Shown: positions 13,164-28,222 of the stretch, piece after piece
Layout of the letters: each line of letters starts with the position of its first letter
Numbering within the stretch: position 1 is the stretch's first letter
Source of the DNA: the human T2T-CHM13v2.0 reference genome, Homo sapiens
DNA length: 64,000 nt
Assembly: GCF_009914755.1 (NCBI RefSeq)
Contig: NC_060929.1
Reading direction: 5' to 3' (one strand)
Translations under genes and position numbers: made by a program
The notes under the pieces: generated by a model
What the model was told of the DNA's origin: nothing
Database searches by the model: none
What the model saw: only the letters and a program-made list of their open reading frames with translations

Positions 13164-13445
13164 GCCCGGGTGTGGTAGCTTGTGCCTGTAATCCCAGCAC
13201 ATTGGGAGGCCAAGGCAAGAGAATCACTTGTGACCAAGAGTTCCAGACCAGCCTGGATAACATGGCAGGACTCGGTGTCTGCAAAAAGACAAAAAAACCA
13301 AAAAAACAAAAAAAAAACAGCCCCTGTTCTTCGAGCCCAGGAGTTCAAGTCTGCAATGAGCTATGATCATGCTCCTCTACTCCATCCTAGGTGACAAAGT
13401 GAGACTCTGTCTGTAAATAATAATAATGATGATAATAATAAATGA
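13164..13445 (+). mobile_element. AluJ with internal deletion and (AAT)n tail
   Basis: Diverged left monomer, A-rich linker, partial right arm (gagcccaggagttcaag...gagctatgatc). Confidence 0.85.
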
Positions 13446-16296
13446 ATAATTATAATGCATTTTAATTATTTCAGGTAGGACTAGCCTATTAAGGAGTATT
13501 ACATACTCAAGAGGTCATTTTGCAATGATAGGGCTTTTTCTCCTTAATTTAAATCTCCTTTACATGAGAAATAATTCAGTACAATTAATATATTTAAAAT
13601 TATTTTTGCTTGATGACTTTTTTTTTTCATAAAACCCTCTAGGACTCATTTGCAAAGCTGCTTTGAAGTTAATTTCATGCAGATCTTCCTGATTTGTACT
13701 TGTGGTGACTTATTGTTAGGCTAAAAGAAAAATATCTGAAAAGCTCAAATCTTCAAAACTTACCATTTATTTCATCTTTTGTTTAAATTGGTTTACTTTA
13801 AACCATGCAAGTGATACCAAGTACTTCAAGTCTGTAATAAATTAAACAGACATGATAAAATCTTGCTATGAATTAACATAGGATACAGCAGAATTGCTGT
13901 TTAATAATCCAGGTGTCTTCACCCAAGAACACTTATTAAGATACCTATCATCTCATTAAAACGTCCCTACAAATAAAAACCTCTTCCTGAGTGTGCTTTT
14001 CCTTTTAAACTGTAATTTGAATAATTGGGGGAAGGGCATTTTCATTATGCAAATGATTTCTGCTGCTCAAATCAGAGTTGCTTAATTGTCAGTGAATAGG
14101 TCAGTTTATATTTCCTCATTAATATTTGAAGTTTTAGTTGAAATCACTTCATGGCTCAAATGACCAGCTTCTGTCTTGTAGCATCAATTTAATTTATTGT
14201 GACGAAAATGTCGGTTTAGTTTAATCTATGGTGTGTGTTTGTGATTGACAATCAGTATTTGTTGCTTGTTGGTAAAGTCGAACTTTTTTTCTTTGTCTTT
14301 AAATGATAAGAGCAATTTGAAGATGTGTATAATTACAGGGAAAGACAGTTGACCACCCTGCATATGTCCCATTTCTCAAACTATAGTAAAATGTAGTGAC
14401 TAAATACTTAAACTGATGATTTTGGGGAAGGAACTCATTGTACATTAGAATGTAAAATGCTTTACATAACACATGTACTCTTTTCAGACGGTTCATTATT
14501 CACATGGAGTGTGTCTAATGAGCGTTTTAGCTTCTTACTTAGAAAATATACTCAACTCTCAGTTATAGGCTTTTGGATTCTCTGGTTTGTGGGTTATCTG
14601 TAACAAAATGTTAATCCCAGCCATGATTCCGAGTCAATTCCTTTGCTCAGGAATTGTAATTCATTTTTAGTATTAGCCTTAGGAGTAGAAACATGATTAG
14701 AAATGCAGAATAATGCTTTCATTCAAAACCAATTAAAACAACTTCTGGATTTTCCAACATAATGGGTAATTCACAGCCTTGCACTTCTCCATCATAATAG
14801 ATCCAGTTTGTTGTATTCAAAGATGATTTAAAATTGGAGATCAAAATATTATTCAGGAAAGCATTTGATTAGTTTTCACCGATGAGGAAAATGCTTATTT
14901 TTACATCTCATTGGAACAATATAAAATTGCACTAGATCTTAGCAAAATAAAAGTTCAGTTTCTGTTTTTGATCTGTTACAAAAGTCATGTTTTATAGAAA
15001 CTCTACCATATTTGCTTTAAGCTAGCCATTCATTACCCTTCAATAAAGTATCATTTTACAGTGTATAGAGAAACCGTCACTTATAAAAGTTATTTATTTT
15101 GTGGCAGTGTTATGTAATCTGGTTCATTTTTATTTCAGGCAGAAAGAAAACACAGTTGAAAGGAAGATAGTAAAAGGAATATTCTATAAATTCAGGTCAT
15201 ATTTGCTAGATCCATTGGCTTTGCTTTTTAGAATTCTTTGTGTTTAAAACCAAAGATGGTAAATGTTATTACTCCTTGAATAAGTACATGGCATATTATT
15301 TTAATATGAGTAGGGTTGTTAGTGGTGAAATAAAACTTGATATATAAAAAGATTTTTAATAGTTTTCCAGCTTGCAGCGTGTGTGCGTTTTAGGCAGTAC
15401 GCTCCACTGGGTTAGAAGGGCCTTACGTTATTGAATGTCAGAGAAGAGCTTTTCTTCAACTGTGCAGCGTGCTTGTGCAAGAAGGATTGTGGGAAGGAAG
15501 CCTGTCAGATGAACTTTAAAGTTAAATAAGCATTCAGGCTAACCCTATTATTCACCCAGGACTTACCTTTGAACTGACTTTACTTTCCAGCTGTTTTCTT
15601 AAGATGATTTGAATAGAGTCCGAATAAATAAATAAATAAATTTTAAAAGGTCAATATCTGCAATGCAAGTCATTAAGAAAAATTAAACAAAGCAATATTT
15701 TTTAAATAAAAAAAACTAAAAAGGACTTTTCCCCCCCATTTAATTAGATGTCTGTGAGTCACTTTGCTGCCTCACTGTTTCCAAGGGAATATAGTATGGA
15801 TTCGAGCGAGGGCTTTCTTCGTGGTGTCTTTCACTGTTTCTGCATTCAGTGTGTACGAATTCACAGAAAGATTTCTTGAAAGTTGGGAATGGTCTGTTGA
15901 GGGTAGACAACATCTAAAAAATGTATAAAAGGTTTGCCACCCCACCTGTGTACCACATAGATGAATTTCAGTAGTCTGTCAGACAAGGGAGTGCCACTTT
16001 TTGACTGAAAATCTGCACAACATTCTTTAGGAGAACCGTTGACATTTAGTAATAATGATAAGATGTTGCTCTATTTCCACCATCTTGGACTTTCAAAAAT
16101 ATGGCTTCCTTTACTTTCAAGGGTGTAGAAGAGAAGATAATCTCCTGCCATGAATAATGCGTACTATACTGAACTTTTAACTCACAGAAATATTTCTAAT
16201 ATGCTAGTTTTTAAAAAAAGGAATCTTCACTCATTTTTATCTAGTAGATGTACTTGCCGAGAGTAAATGCTCATTCTTGTTTTTTCTGTGTGTGGG

Positions 16297-16600
<304 letters not shown>

Positions 16601-17295
16601 GCTCATTTTTGTTTTAACTGCTGAAGTCTTGAAGTTAATTGTGGTAGGACGTGGAAGGAGGTAGGACATGGTAGGAGAGGATGTAAATGAAGACCTTTCC
16701 ATGTAGACTAGCCTTTCTAATCCCAAAACGCCTGCAGTTTTGGGTCCCTGCACAACTTTTTTCTTGGAATCAACTTGGAAACCCTAAAATTGCACGCACA
16801 ATTCCCAGATACTCTATGGCCAGGCTGACCAGATATATACACTTAATGTGATTTTTGCTAAAATATCAGAATAAACAGACACTAGATACTTTTTAGGGAA
16901 TTCGATTTGGTCAGTTCAACAGTAGAAGAGAATGTACATACCCTTTTTTGCTATTAATCTCAAAATTATTAAATTGAGGGAATTAGTTTCTTTAGAGTCA
17001 TTTCTTCTTAGAAGTAAGTTGTTTTATCATTTAATTTCGTCTTGCTTGATGAAAATGCTATAAAGCATGGCATTGGCTGAAATTAAAACAATGCAGAAAA
17101 GTAAAAAGAAGAAACTTTTAAAATCAGCCTGATTCCCATATCTTAGGTCTGACCATTGTTTAGGTGACATATATTCTTCAGGAGAAATGCATTTTTCTAA
17201 GCATGGATACATATGTATGCATATGGGGGTATAGCTATATGATATATTTAACTGTGATAAGAATCATTTATATATTCAGAACTACATATTCCATC

Positions 17296-17612
<317 letters not shown>

Positions 17613-18489
17613 CACATTCCATCTTTTAGCCTCACATTATAATATGCTCCTTTAAGTCAATAAAATTTTCAAAAATGTAATTTAATGCCTCTGTAGTACC
17701 TAATTCTGTTTAATGCATTTTAATTCATTTACCCATTCTCCTGCTACTGATTGCTTCTAATTTTATAAATAATGGAGATACTTGCATCTTGAATATTATT
17801 ATCACAATGATTTAATACACAGATTTCCATTTCCTTTTGTGTTATTCCCCCATTGCCTAGAATGACTATGCTTGCTTGCCTGTCAGTTTCAGGATCACAA
17901 ATATAAACATAAGTCCCAAAGGCATTTCCCAGCTCATAGCTAAATGACAAGCCTGCTTACTCCAAGGAAATATTTTAATCTGAGTCTTTCCAATCTAAGG
18001 AAAAGAGCTTATAGAAATTAATTTTGATAAAGCATATTTAATCTTTTGCCTTACTGGCTGTTGCTTACCTTATAAATGCAATGCACTGCATAGGCCAAGC
18101 AAAAGTACAAAAGTATCAAAAGCGAAAAGTTACTGTTTCTCTTCAATTCTTCACCATGCCTCAATCTTTCCCATCCCTGCTGTCCTGTGGTACTTTTATG
18201 TTAATGTTTGATGTAAATCATTCCACACTTTATTGTAGGCTTGAACACATAAATAATTAAATAAAGCTTCTCCCCTAGCCTCCCACAAAAATTGAGTCTT
18301 GGCATTCATATTGTTGTCTAACAGGCCCCCCACTACCACCTCCACTTGTATATAGTGCTCAACCCTATAGCTAAATGTATGTATCGAATCCATTATTTTA
18401 AATAGTGCATAATAAGCCACTGTGCCACAGGTGAGGTGGCATGTTTCCACCACTTTTGTGCCCATGATTTTTGATGTCCTCACTCCCAC

Positions 18490-18788
18490 GAGCCAGCCTG
18501 GGCCAGAACTTGCTTTACATTTGCTTGGGGGCAGCCTGGAACAAAAGACTAACAGGTGCAGGGCTCTATCTGGGATGACACTGAATGGGACCAGAGCCAT
18601 CTCCTAAGCTTCCCTGTGCAACTAAGCCACAGTAACCCACCGTTGGATGTTGCTTGAGGTGGCACAGTGGCCTCCCTCCCTTCCCCGTTCCTCTTCTCTA
18701 CCTGCTTTTCCTGAGAACACTTCAAAATAAATCATTTTTACAGGAATGCTATCTCAGGGTCTGTTTCTGGGGAACTCAAACTAAGACA
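18490..18788 (+). mobile_element. LTR16-like (ERVL) LTR fragment
   Basis: aataaatca...tctcagggtctgtttctggggaactcaaactaagaca matches the LTR16 3' end. Confidence 0.65.
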
Positions 18789-18899
18789 CGTAGCGTATAT
18801 CATAATTTTCTTCCCTGTTACTGGGATTTCTGTAGTTTATATTTTTTTGGCTCTTACAGCTTCAAACTTGTGTATATATCCTTGCATATGACTGGTGTT

Positions 18900-19300
18900 T
18901 GTTTGTTTTCTGTCATAGGGTAGATTCTTTCTAACATTCAGACTGCTGAATAAAGGAGTTGATATAGTTTTAAATTTTTAATAGAGTCAGAAGAAGATCT
19001 AAAAAGGGGGCAGCAGTTCATACTCCTTCCAGCGGTGGATGAATGTGTCTGCCTGTTTTCCTACACTCTTAGCAGCACTGAGATTACCAGTCTTTCAATT
19101 TTTTCTTAATCTGATGAATCAAACCAGTTTTTATTACAACTTCCATTTACCAAAATGCAGGACACTTGAGTCTCCTTACATTTGATCAGTTTTGTGTGTT
19201 TGTGCTCAGTTGTGTCATTTGCATTACCTTTGTGAATTAGCAGTTTATTTTTCATTTGGCCGTTTTTCTATCATGTGGGTTGCCTGCATACATGTTGAAA
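18900..19300 (-). mobile_element. Old L1ME-like fragment
   Basis: tactccttccagcggtggatgaatgtg...tttcctacactcttagcagcactg antisense L1 3' pattern. Confidence 0.5.
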
Positions 19301-19341
19301 CGATTTTCTTCCATTTGTCATTTGTTTGGACTTTTTCTCAG

Positions 19342-19455
19342 ATACCATCTAGGAGGAGAGGCAGCTAGAAATGCTGAGGATGTTTCTAAGGAAACATCCA
19401 CGGTTTGGGAACCGTGCCTGTGCGTTAGGTTTGCAGCGTATCGACGTACACATTT
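19342..19455 (+). other. Candidate symmetric cassette exon (114 nt, phase 2-2, open frame)
   Basis: ggactttttctcag acceptor, TTT|gtgagt donor; reads YHLGGEAARNAEDVSKETSTVWEPCLCVRFAAYRRTH; the other two frames contain stops. Confidence 0.3.
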
Positions 19456-20713
19456 GTGAGTCATGTATATCGTTCCTATTTGGGTCAGTGTGCACAACTT
19501 GAGTGAATGCAGACAGTCCTATTTATAGGAATATGCTTTAGGGATTCCCACAACAAAGCTTTTAGCATCGGTCCTGCAGAATGTCCCACTTACAGCTTTG
19601 TGCTCCACATCGAGACATGAGAGGCAGAAATGATCAGAGGCCTGGCTGTCCAAGTGTGTGGTTGTCAAGCATTTGTAAGAAATAAGCTTCCACCAGAAAA
19701 CGTGAGAGGATCAACTCCATTGTGCCTTCCAGCTCAACTCATTTACACCCTTCAACAGAGACGTGAGCTCCAAAGTTAAATTTAAGGCTTGAATTATGTG
19801 TCATATCGTTTATATTGATTACACAATCGGATGTACAGGTGTGCATGTTTGCGTGACATACACCCCTACACACGCACACATATACACACTCACTCTATTC
19901 CATTCTCTCCTGTTATAAACCTGAGCAAAGGCATAGAAGCATTCTTTCTTACACGTCTTTCCCCTTTTGTTTCCTTTTTGATACATTCATTAAGTTTTTT
20001 TCATATTACTATGCCTCAGCTGATTTTCAATAATTACAAGTATAAAAATATTTACTGCTCAAAATAAATAAATGACTACATAATTAACAGGCTTTTGTGA
20101 AATACACCTTTTCTTTTTGGAATAAGGTGTTAAAAATGTCTAATTAATAATATTTGAGCAAAGGATTTCTGCATCTAGTTTGTAGCCCCAGTGATAGAAT
20201 CGTTGAATGGCATGGTCCCAGGTTTATGGAGATAATCTTTTTAATCTCCAAATTCCTCAAAGCTTCTTTGGCCTTGGGGTTGTCAAACTTGCTTTTTATT
20301 GATCTCTGCATTTCAACTCATGCACATAAAAATTTTTTTTTTCCCACTGATCACAGGGAAGGAGCAACCCTGTGATATGTATGTTTCCTAATTAAAGCTT
20401 AAATCTAGTTCCCTGCAATTGCACTTCTGAAATGTTGGAACCACAGAGTGAAATATTTTTAACTTTTTCCATCCATCACATTGGTTTTTAGGTTGCTAGT
20501 AATGTCAGCCAGAAAAGTATCTGAATTGGGAACATTTTTCTTAGAGATTTCTACACTTCTTAAATGGGTAAGTTAGTATTAAAGATATCACTGGAATTCA
20601 TCCCAAAATATAATTGAATTTTTTATTGGTTTTAGGTTATAGTTCTTAGTTTTTCAGTTCAGACATGAACCACGAACCATAGGAAGTAAATAACGTGACA
20701 CGAGTAGGTGTCA

Positions 20714-21060
<347 letters not shown>

Positions 21061-22929
21061 TTAGGAAGTCAAACCCTCTGCCCAGAGATACTGTCCATTT
21101 GGCATTTTAATAAACAGCCTCTTGGGTATGTGAACAAGGATGGCAGTGCTAGGTGAAAACATTTGGAGTGTTGAATTTGGCAGATAATTTATTATTTCAA
21201 AAACTGTATAAAGATATCCTACTTGGAGAACTAATAGAGTTAGCTATTCTGCCACGTTATGATGATTTAGATAAGTCTATTTCATTAGAACTAATAGTTC
21301 CTCCTTTAAAAATTTCACCATGGTGTTTTCTATTTCTTCCATAAGGAGTTCTATATTTGTTTTAGATGAGAACAAAAATTTTAATTCTATTTTTTGTTGT
21401 TTTTGTGGCACAAATTCTATGAACCTAGGGTTATTGCTTTAATATGATAGTGGTGAAGACCACAGTTTCTTGGACGAGTGATATTAAAATGATACAATAG
21501 AAGATGATCAACAAATGTTAGGTATTAATATGTGCCTGGTGGTTTGCTCAGTACTTTATAAATATTACACCGTTTATAGCCCCCATATTTAACTACATTT
21601 ACTACAATTATCCTGTTTTATAGATGCAAAGGAAAAACAAAAACAAAAACAGGTTAAGTAGACTGGTCAGGCTAATAATATACCTTGGCTAACAAAGTGA
21701 ACATCCAAAAATCTTTATCTGGAGTTTAGGACATATTGACATATAAATTATTTGAAAAGTTGATGTTTAATTCTTTTTGGTCCTTGCAGTATCACCACCT
21801 AATGGGTTAAATTACTACTTCCTCTGGTTTTCTTGTACAAGCAAATGGTTAACACCAATTGTCTTGAGCAAGAGCCATTGTAACTGGAAAAAAGCATGGT
21901 AAAATCCATAAACGTCTAAGTAATGCATTGTACCTTTGTAATTCTTTGTACTATTAATCCTATTTAATAAAGACTGTATCACACAAAGACCAACTTCAGC
22001 CAAGCTGTGGGTCATAATCCCTACAATTCCCAGTGTGAATGCCTAAATGTCTGGATTTTATTCATAAGTGCATGGACAGGCACAGAGTTTCAGAATTTAT
22101 GGATAGGCACAAACTTTGAGTTTGCAAAAGGAGACTTGCATATAAATAATAGTAAGTGGTAGTGTTCTTTGCGTACTTGATGAGGGAGCATGAGGCTCTA
22201 GCTCATATCTGAGACCTTAAGCTCAGATAGGGCACAAGTAGGAGACAGTCATTCAAATTTGTTATGTATACTTGCCTTGGCAGCTAATGTTTGGGAGTAC
22301 CCCTTGTCCCTGTTAACAAGAAAATTTGAGACTACCCAGGGAGGTAGAGGCTTTGTCCCCTCTATTTAGGAATTGAGAGTTATGTTGATTTCTTTGATGA
22401 ACTCATTTGGCAGGTAACATATAATTTCATTTCCTATCTGAGAAAGTAATGTTAGTAGTATAGATTTATGTCGCAGGACATGATTTGTTATTAAATTACT
22501 CTGTCTTAGTTGTGGAGATCAAGGTTATTGACTTGTAAAAGTGCATTGTTCTATTGGTTTTAAATTAACTAAGGCATATTGTCGTGTAGGTTGATGGTCA
22601 TGAAACCCTTTCAGTTTAGTCTCCTTTTCTGACTGATTGCTACATTGCTGTCAGGATTCTTCTTACGGATTTGTGGCCTCTCGGTAACCATAAAATGAAA
22701 ATACAGAAGACAAGAAGAATTTGGCTGACAGAACCTTAAGGGATTTTATTGGCCTTTTTCCATTCCTTACTCTATAGAAGTCTTGTAATGTCCCAGATCA
22801 AACACATTCAGAATGAAAAGCTCTCACAAAGGTTATGACTATAACTTCCAAGTATGCCCTTTGATTTCAGTCTTCTTTCACACTAAACTCTATTCTCCAC
22901 CTTCCCCTGTCGTTTTAAGACATATTTAC

Positions 22930-23810
22930 CAAATGTCTGGAACATTTCAGGCATGCCATTGGTTCTGGAGACATCATAGTGACCAAGACTACAAGATCCC
23001 TTGGCTCTTGGAGCTCATTTTCTAGTGAGGAGGAGACAAATAATAAATGTTTAAACAACCAGTAAGCAAGATAATTTCAAATAGTAACTAGGCTACAAGA
23101 GATAAGAAAAGCACAGTGTGTGTAGACAGTAGTGGAGCCGGGAAAGTGGTTTATTAGTGTAGGGAAGAACTGTCAGAGGAAGTGGTATCTGACCTGAGAT
23201 CTGAGTAATGAGATACAACCACACATGGGAATTTTGTCAAAAGAACTTTCCAGGGAGAGGGATTCCAAGGCTGCCATGGAAGGTTGTGCAGTATGTGCAC
23301 TGCACAAAGGAACCCAACCAAAGGGAGATGTAGGGGTTGAAATCTCATGCTCCTCTTACAAATTTGTGCTATCAGGTACAGGGCTGCATCCTCTCAGAGA
23401 ATTAGGGGGACCTTTTTTTCCACAAAGGCTGTCCCTTTTACCAAGCATATACCATGGGGAGCACTGTGTCCACCAGAGGGTGTGTGTGTTTGTGTGTGTG
23501 TGTATTTTTTTTTTATTTGAATAAAGAAAATTTTATAAGCTATCAGCAGCCTTGAGTAAATAAGCATGTAAGGTTGGCCTGTTAGTGGAGCAGAAAAAAG
23601 GCTAACATAATTGGAGTGCAAAAAGTAAGGGGAATATAGTAGTACAAGGTGAAGCTAAAGATATGGGCAGGGGCCAGACCTTGTGGGCTTATGTGAAGAG
23701 TTTGGATTATATTCTAAGTATTATAAAAAGAGGCCATTGGAAAGTCTTATTTGAGGGAAGATATCATTGTAACTATGTCTTTAAAATATTACCCGGACAT
23801 GTAAAGTGGA
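22930..23810 (-). mobile_element. L2 fragments interrupted by MER91
   Basis: ggagctcattttctagtgagg...gacctgagatctga...gggaagccattgg-type L2 motifs. Confidence 0.65.
23265..23460. mobile_element. MER91A-like hAT element
   Basis: caaggctgccatggaaggttgtgcag...gtgcactgcacaaagg is the MER91 terminus. Confidence 0.7.
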
Positions 23811-24151
23811 AGAGAGAGCCTTATCAGGACAAAAAACTTAACTCCCACATTATTCCACCCTCTTATCCATCCTCCCCTTGTCCTGATCTGAAAGATTTCT
23901 GGTTCTAACTTTCAATGTCCTTGACTTCTCTACTAATAATCAAAACGGGCCATAACTAGAATCCTGTAGCACCCCATGTCAAAAGATTAAAATGTAAAGA
24001 CTCTAGGGAACATACCTTTTCCACCTTTTCTATCAGTAGCCTGGATACATGGCTTCTTTGACAGCCATATTCTGATTCCAGGTAAATGAAAGAAATGAAC
24101 AGAAGCCATTTTTTTTTCCCGAAAAGCTGACCACATTAATAAATTCAAGCA

Positions 24152-24506
<355 letters not shown>

Positions 24507-25409
24507 CTAGCATATAATAAGGTTTTCCAGTACAATTATATTGGTAAGGGAATGTCGAGGAGCTTCTTTTGAAACCATGGCAGGTTGGCAAATTGGGGTA
24601 CCTGGTATTGTGAAACACCAAGGCCATCAATGAAGCCTGAAGTAGAAAAATTATCTTGTCATCACCTAAATGAATCAGGATTGAAATGCATTAAAAAAGT
24701 TTATTTTGTGAAAAGAAAGCATTAGATTGTAGGATTTAGGGATTACTTAACGGCATTTGCTGCCATCTAAGAAAACCAATTCTTTTTTTTTTTTTTTTTT
24801 TTTTTCTAAAATGATCATGAGCTTTATAAGAAGACCTGGACAGGTATTTTTAGACCTAAAGTTTCATAGTGTCAAAGAATTAGAAATGGATGATGGCTTT
24901 TAGAGAAAAGTAAAATACGACATAAGATATTTTAGACCTAACAACAGAGCAGAAGATTTTAGTGATCTGCTCTTAGTCATGAGGGAAAAAATGAAAAACA
25001 AACAAAACAAAAGCAAGTACACGTTAAATTCTGTGGGTCTCAAGTCTCTTGCTTTTCTTCTTTTCCTAACTATATTGTAAAAGATCTGTGCCAATAAAGA
25101 AGTCCTGTTTAAGGAGTAGTTCCCTGTTAACATAGGAAAGATGATCGTGTTGGCAGGTCTATATTCAAAATTTTAATGGATTCTCCACCCCTCTGCATGA
25201 GGAGAGATAAGAAACAGATAGGGGTCAAATAGGCTTAACAATGTAATAACTAGCAGAACCCTGTTGCATAAGAGAAAGAACCCAGACTGGGTACTCCAAA
25301 GTGAACAGATGTGGCTGGTTAATTCAGTTGCCCTGACCAAGCAATAAAGGGAATTAAACCTGGCACGTTTCATTACACGGAGTATCCTCACACCCACTCT
25401 TCTTTCCAG

Positions 25410-25530
25410 ATTCAACGCTGCTTAGAGTCTAAGACTGATCATCAGAGACCGGGGTGAAACCAAACACTATCAATCCCAGAAGTGACATTTCACCTTTTGC
25501 CCTAAATAAATGCATTTGTGAATTCAGAAA
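25410..25530 (+). other. Candidate alternative terminal exon
   Basis: Branch-like cctcac, cccactcttctttccag acceptor, stops in all frames, AATAAA at 25505-25510 followed by GT-rich sequence. Confidence 0.25.
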
Positions 25531-26624
25531 GCTTCTGCTGTGTCTCTACCTAAATTAATCCCCCTTTAAAAGGATACATATAAACTGTTGTCTTTTTGCT
25601 TTATGGTTTGGCTGCCTGTTAAAAAGGTTCTAAAAAATTTATATAAACCATCATGCAAACCTGTTCTCTAGCTCTAACAGAAGGCTTTCTTGGGTGCAGT
25701 TTACTGTTTATATACAAAGTGTGTAGATGGTCTAAATGTTTTTCTAGCACATACTAGGCTCTCAATAAACATTTTTAACTATGGAGTGGATGTAAGAATG
25801 AATGACTAATTTATCTTATTGGTTTCCTGTTATATTTTTTGAAAATCTGAATATTTTTGGTTAGTTCAGTGGTTAAAAAAACAGATTTCTTTTTCTTCAA
25901 AATGCCGTACTCTTCTAAAATGCGATGGAAGTATAGGGAACATAGTAATATTTTTGTCATATCATTGCAGAGGGGAACACTTATGATCATTTTTAGATTT
26001 AAGTAGGGGCAGTAAAATTTCTTTGCCTAATGATATTTTAGCCTGCGTGTGTTTGGCTGAGTTTGCAACCTGGAAATCACCTTTTAAACAAGGCACTTCT
26101 CCACACAGCATATGGAACTTTACTAACATAGCATAAGAATATATTTTTGGTATGTTTATTTTATATTCATGTACTTCCCAGAATTACTGGGTCATCTTCT
26201 TATTAATGAACTACTTATAAACTTGAAAAAATTCTTGCCCATTACTTAGAAAATTATCATATGTGATTTCTGTGAAATATTTACAAATTATAGTTTGTTT
26301 GTTTGTTTGCCATCTTGCCATTTCACAATGACTGTGTTTCATGGTAAGGATACCAACATTAACCATCACACACTGATCTGAAGTGGGTAAATCAAGTTAT
26401 GTTCTACAAGATCAAGATATATTTTTTTTTCTTAGATTTGCATAGACTGTCCCTGATTTTCTGGACTGTGATGTTGAGTTATCATAGTACTAACTCCATT
26501 GAGACCAAAGACAGTTATTTATCTGTCTCTCTTAAACTGATTTACTTTTTCCTTTTCTGCCCTGAGTAATCCTCAGAGGCCCAGAAAGTGAGGAGAATTC
26601 CACCATTAAAAGAAGGAGAGAGGT

Positions 26625-27042
<418 letters not shown>

Positions 27043-27209
27043 CTATTTAATTTCTGGTTTTGAGTGTAACAGAAGGGAAATAAGACCAAAACCTTACGAA
27101 TTCCTGATTATGTGAATACAATTAAAAAAAGAATGCATGAATTGACTTTACATTAGCAAGCAAGTTTTTCTCCTGTCTTAACTTTTGTGTTGAACAAAGT
27201 TCTTATCTG

Positions 27210-27360
27210 ACTGAATAAAGAAAATGTGATATCTACATAAAATGGAATATTATTCCACCTTAAAAAAGAAGGAAATTCTGCAATATGCGACAACATGGAT
27301 GAACAACAACCTTGAGAGCATTATGTTATGTATAATAAGCCAGGCACAGAAACACATATG
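27210..27360 (+). mobile_element. L1M 3' fragment
   Basis: aagaaaatgtg...aatggaatattattc...aaaaagaaggaaattctg...caacatggatgaac. Confidence 0.8.
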
Positions 27361-28052
27361 CTAGTTTGCTTTTTTTTGTCATTCTATTAAATCTATCCTA
27401 ATCTAGTTGTCAGCTTTGTGCTCAACTGTTTCCCCTACTTTTTAAACAGTTAGATGATGGCTGCCAAGGTTGAATGGAGCAAAATACATTCTTATTCATG
27501 TTTTGTGGTAGAAAGGGAGAAACTGGCTCCCTGTGAATCTCTGGAGAAAGGAAGAATTATCGAAGAAACCTCTAGTAACCCTTTAGTCAAATTGCAAATC
27601 GCATCAGTCATTTCTGGTCTTGTGCCAATTTCTGAGCCAATCCCTAGCAAGAGGGAAGGGAATTACTGTAACTTTATACAAATCAGAGCTCATTCCTGAA
27701 GTTGGAGATGGAATCAGCTTTTCTCTTCCCTTCCATTGTTTACAGAGGAGATAACTGAACATTGTTGAGATTTCAGGAAGAATAAGATGAATGGACTCTG
27801 GGTAAAAATCTGTCCTTTGAGGAGGGACTAGGTAATTTGCTTAAGGCCTTATAACTGCTTATTGGTGGTCCTTAAACTTATATCCAGGTCTTTTTCATTT
27901 CAGAAGCCCAAGCTTCTACATTGCCTTTTGTGATGAATATCAGGTCTTACTTATGAGAATATATTTTCAATAAAATGTTAAAAATCTGTGTAACGTTGGA
28001 CAAGTAATTTTGGCCTCAGTTTCCCTATGTGTACAAAGAATGAACTTCTTAT

Positions 28053-28222
28053 TTCAGTCTTTGTGGACCATTTGGTTTTTGTCCCAAATAACTGCTCAAC
28101 TCTGCCATCACAGCAGAAAAGCAGCCATAGACAATATGTAAACAGATGGGTGTTGCTGTGTTCTGTAAAACTTTATTAGCAATAAATGGGGTGGGCCATG
28201 GGCTCTAGCTTGCCATCTCCTG
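28053..28222. mobile_element. MER58A
   Basis: aactgctcaactctgcc...aaagcagccatagacaatatgtaaac...aaaactttatt. Confidence 0.8.

Noticed and set aside
19070-19078. tagcagcac (miR-15/16 5' end)
   Set aside because: The match stops after 9 nt, there is no precursor hairpin, and it lies in an L1 relic
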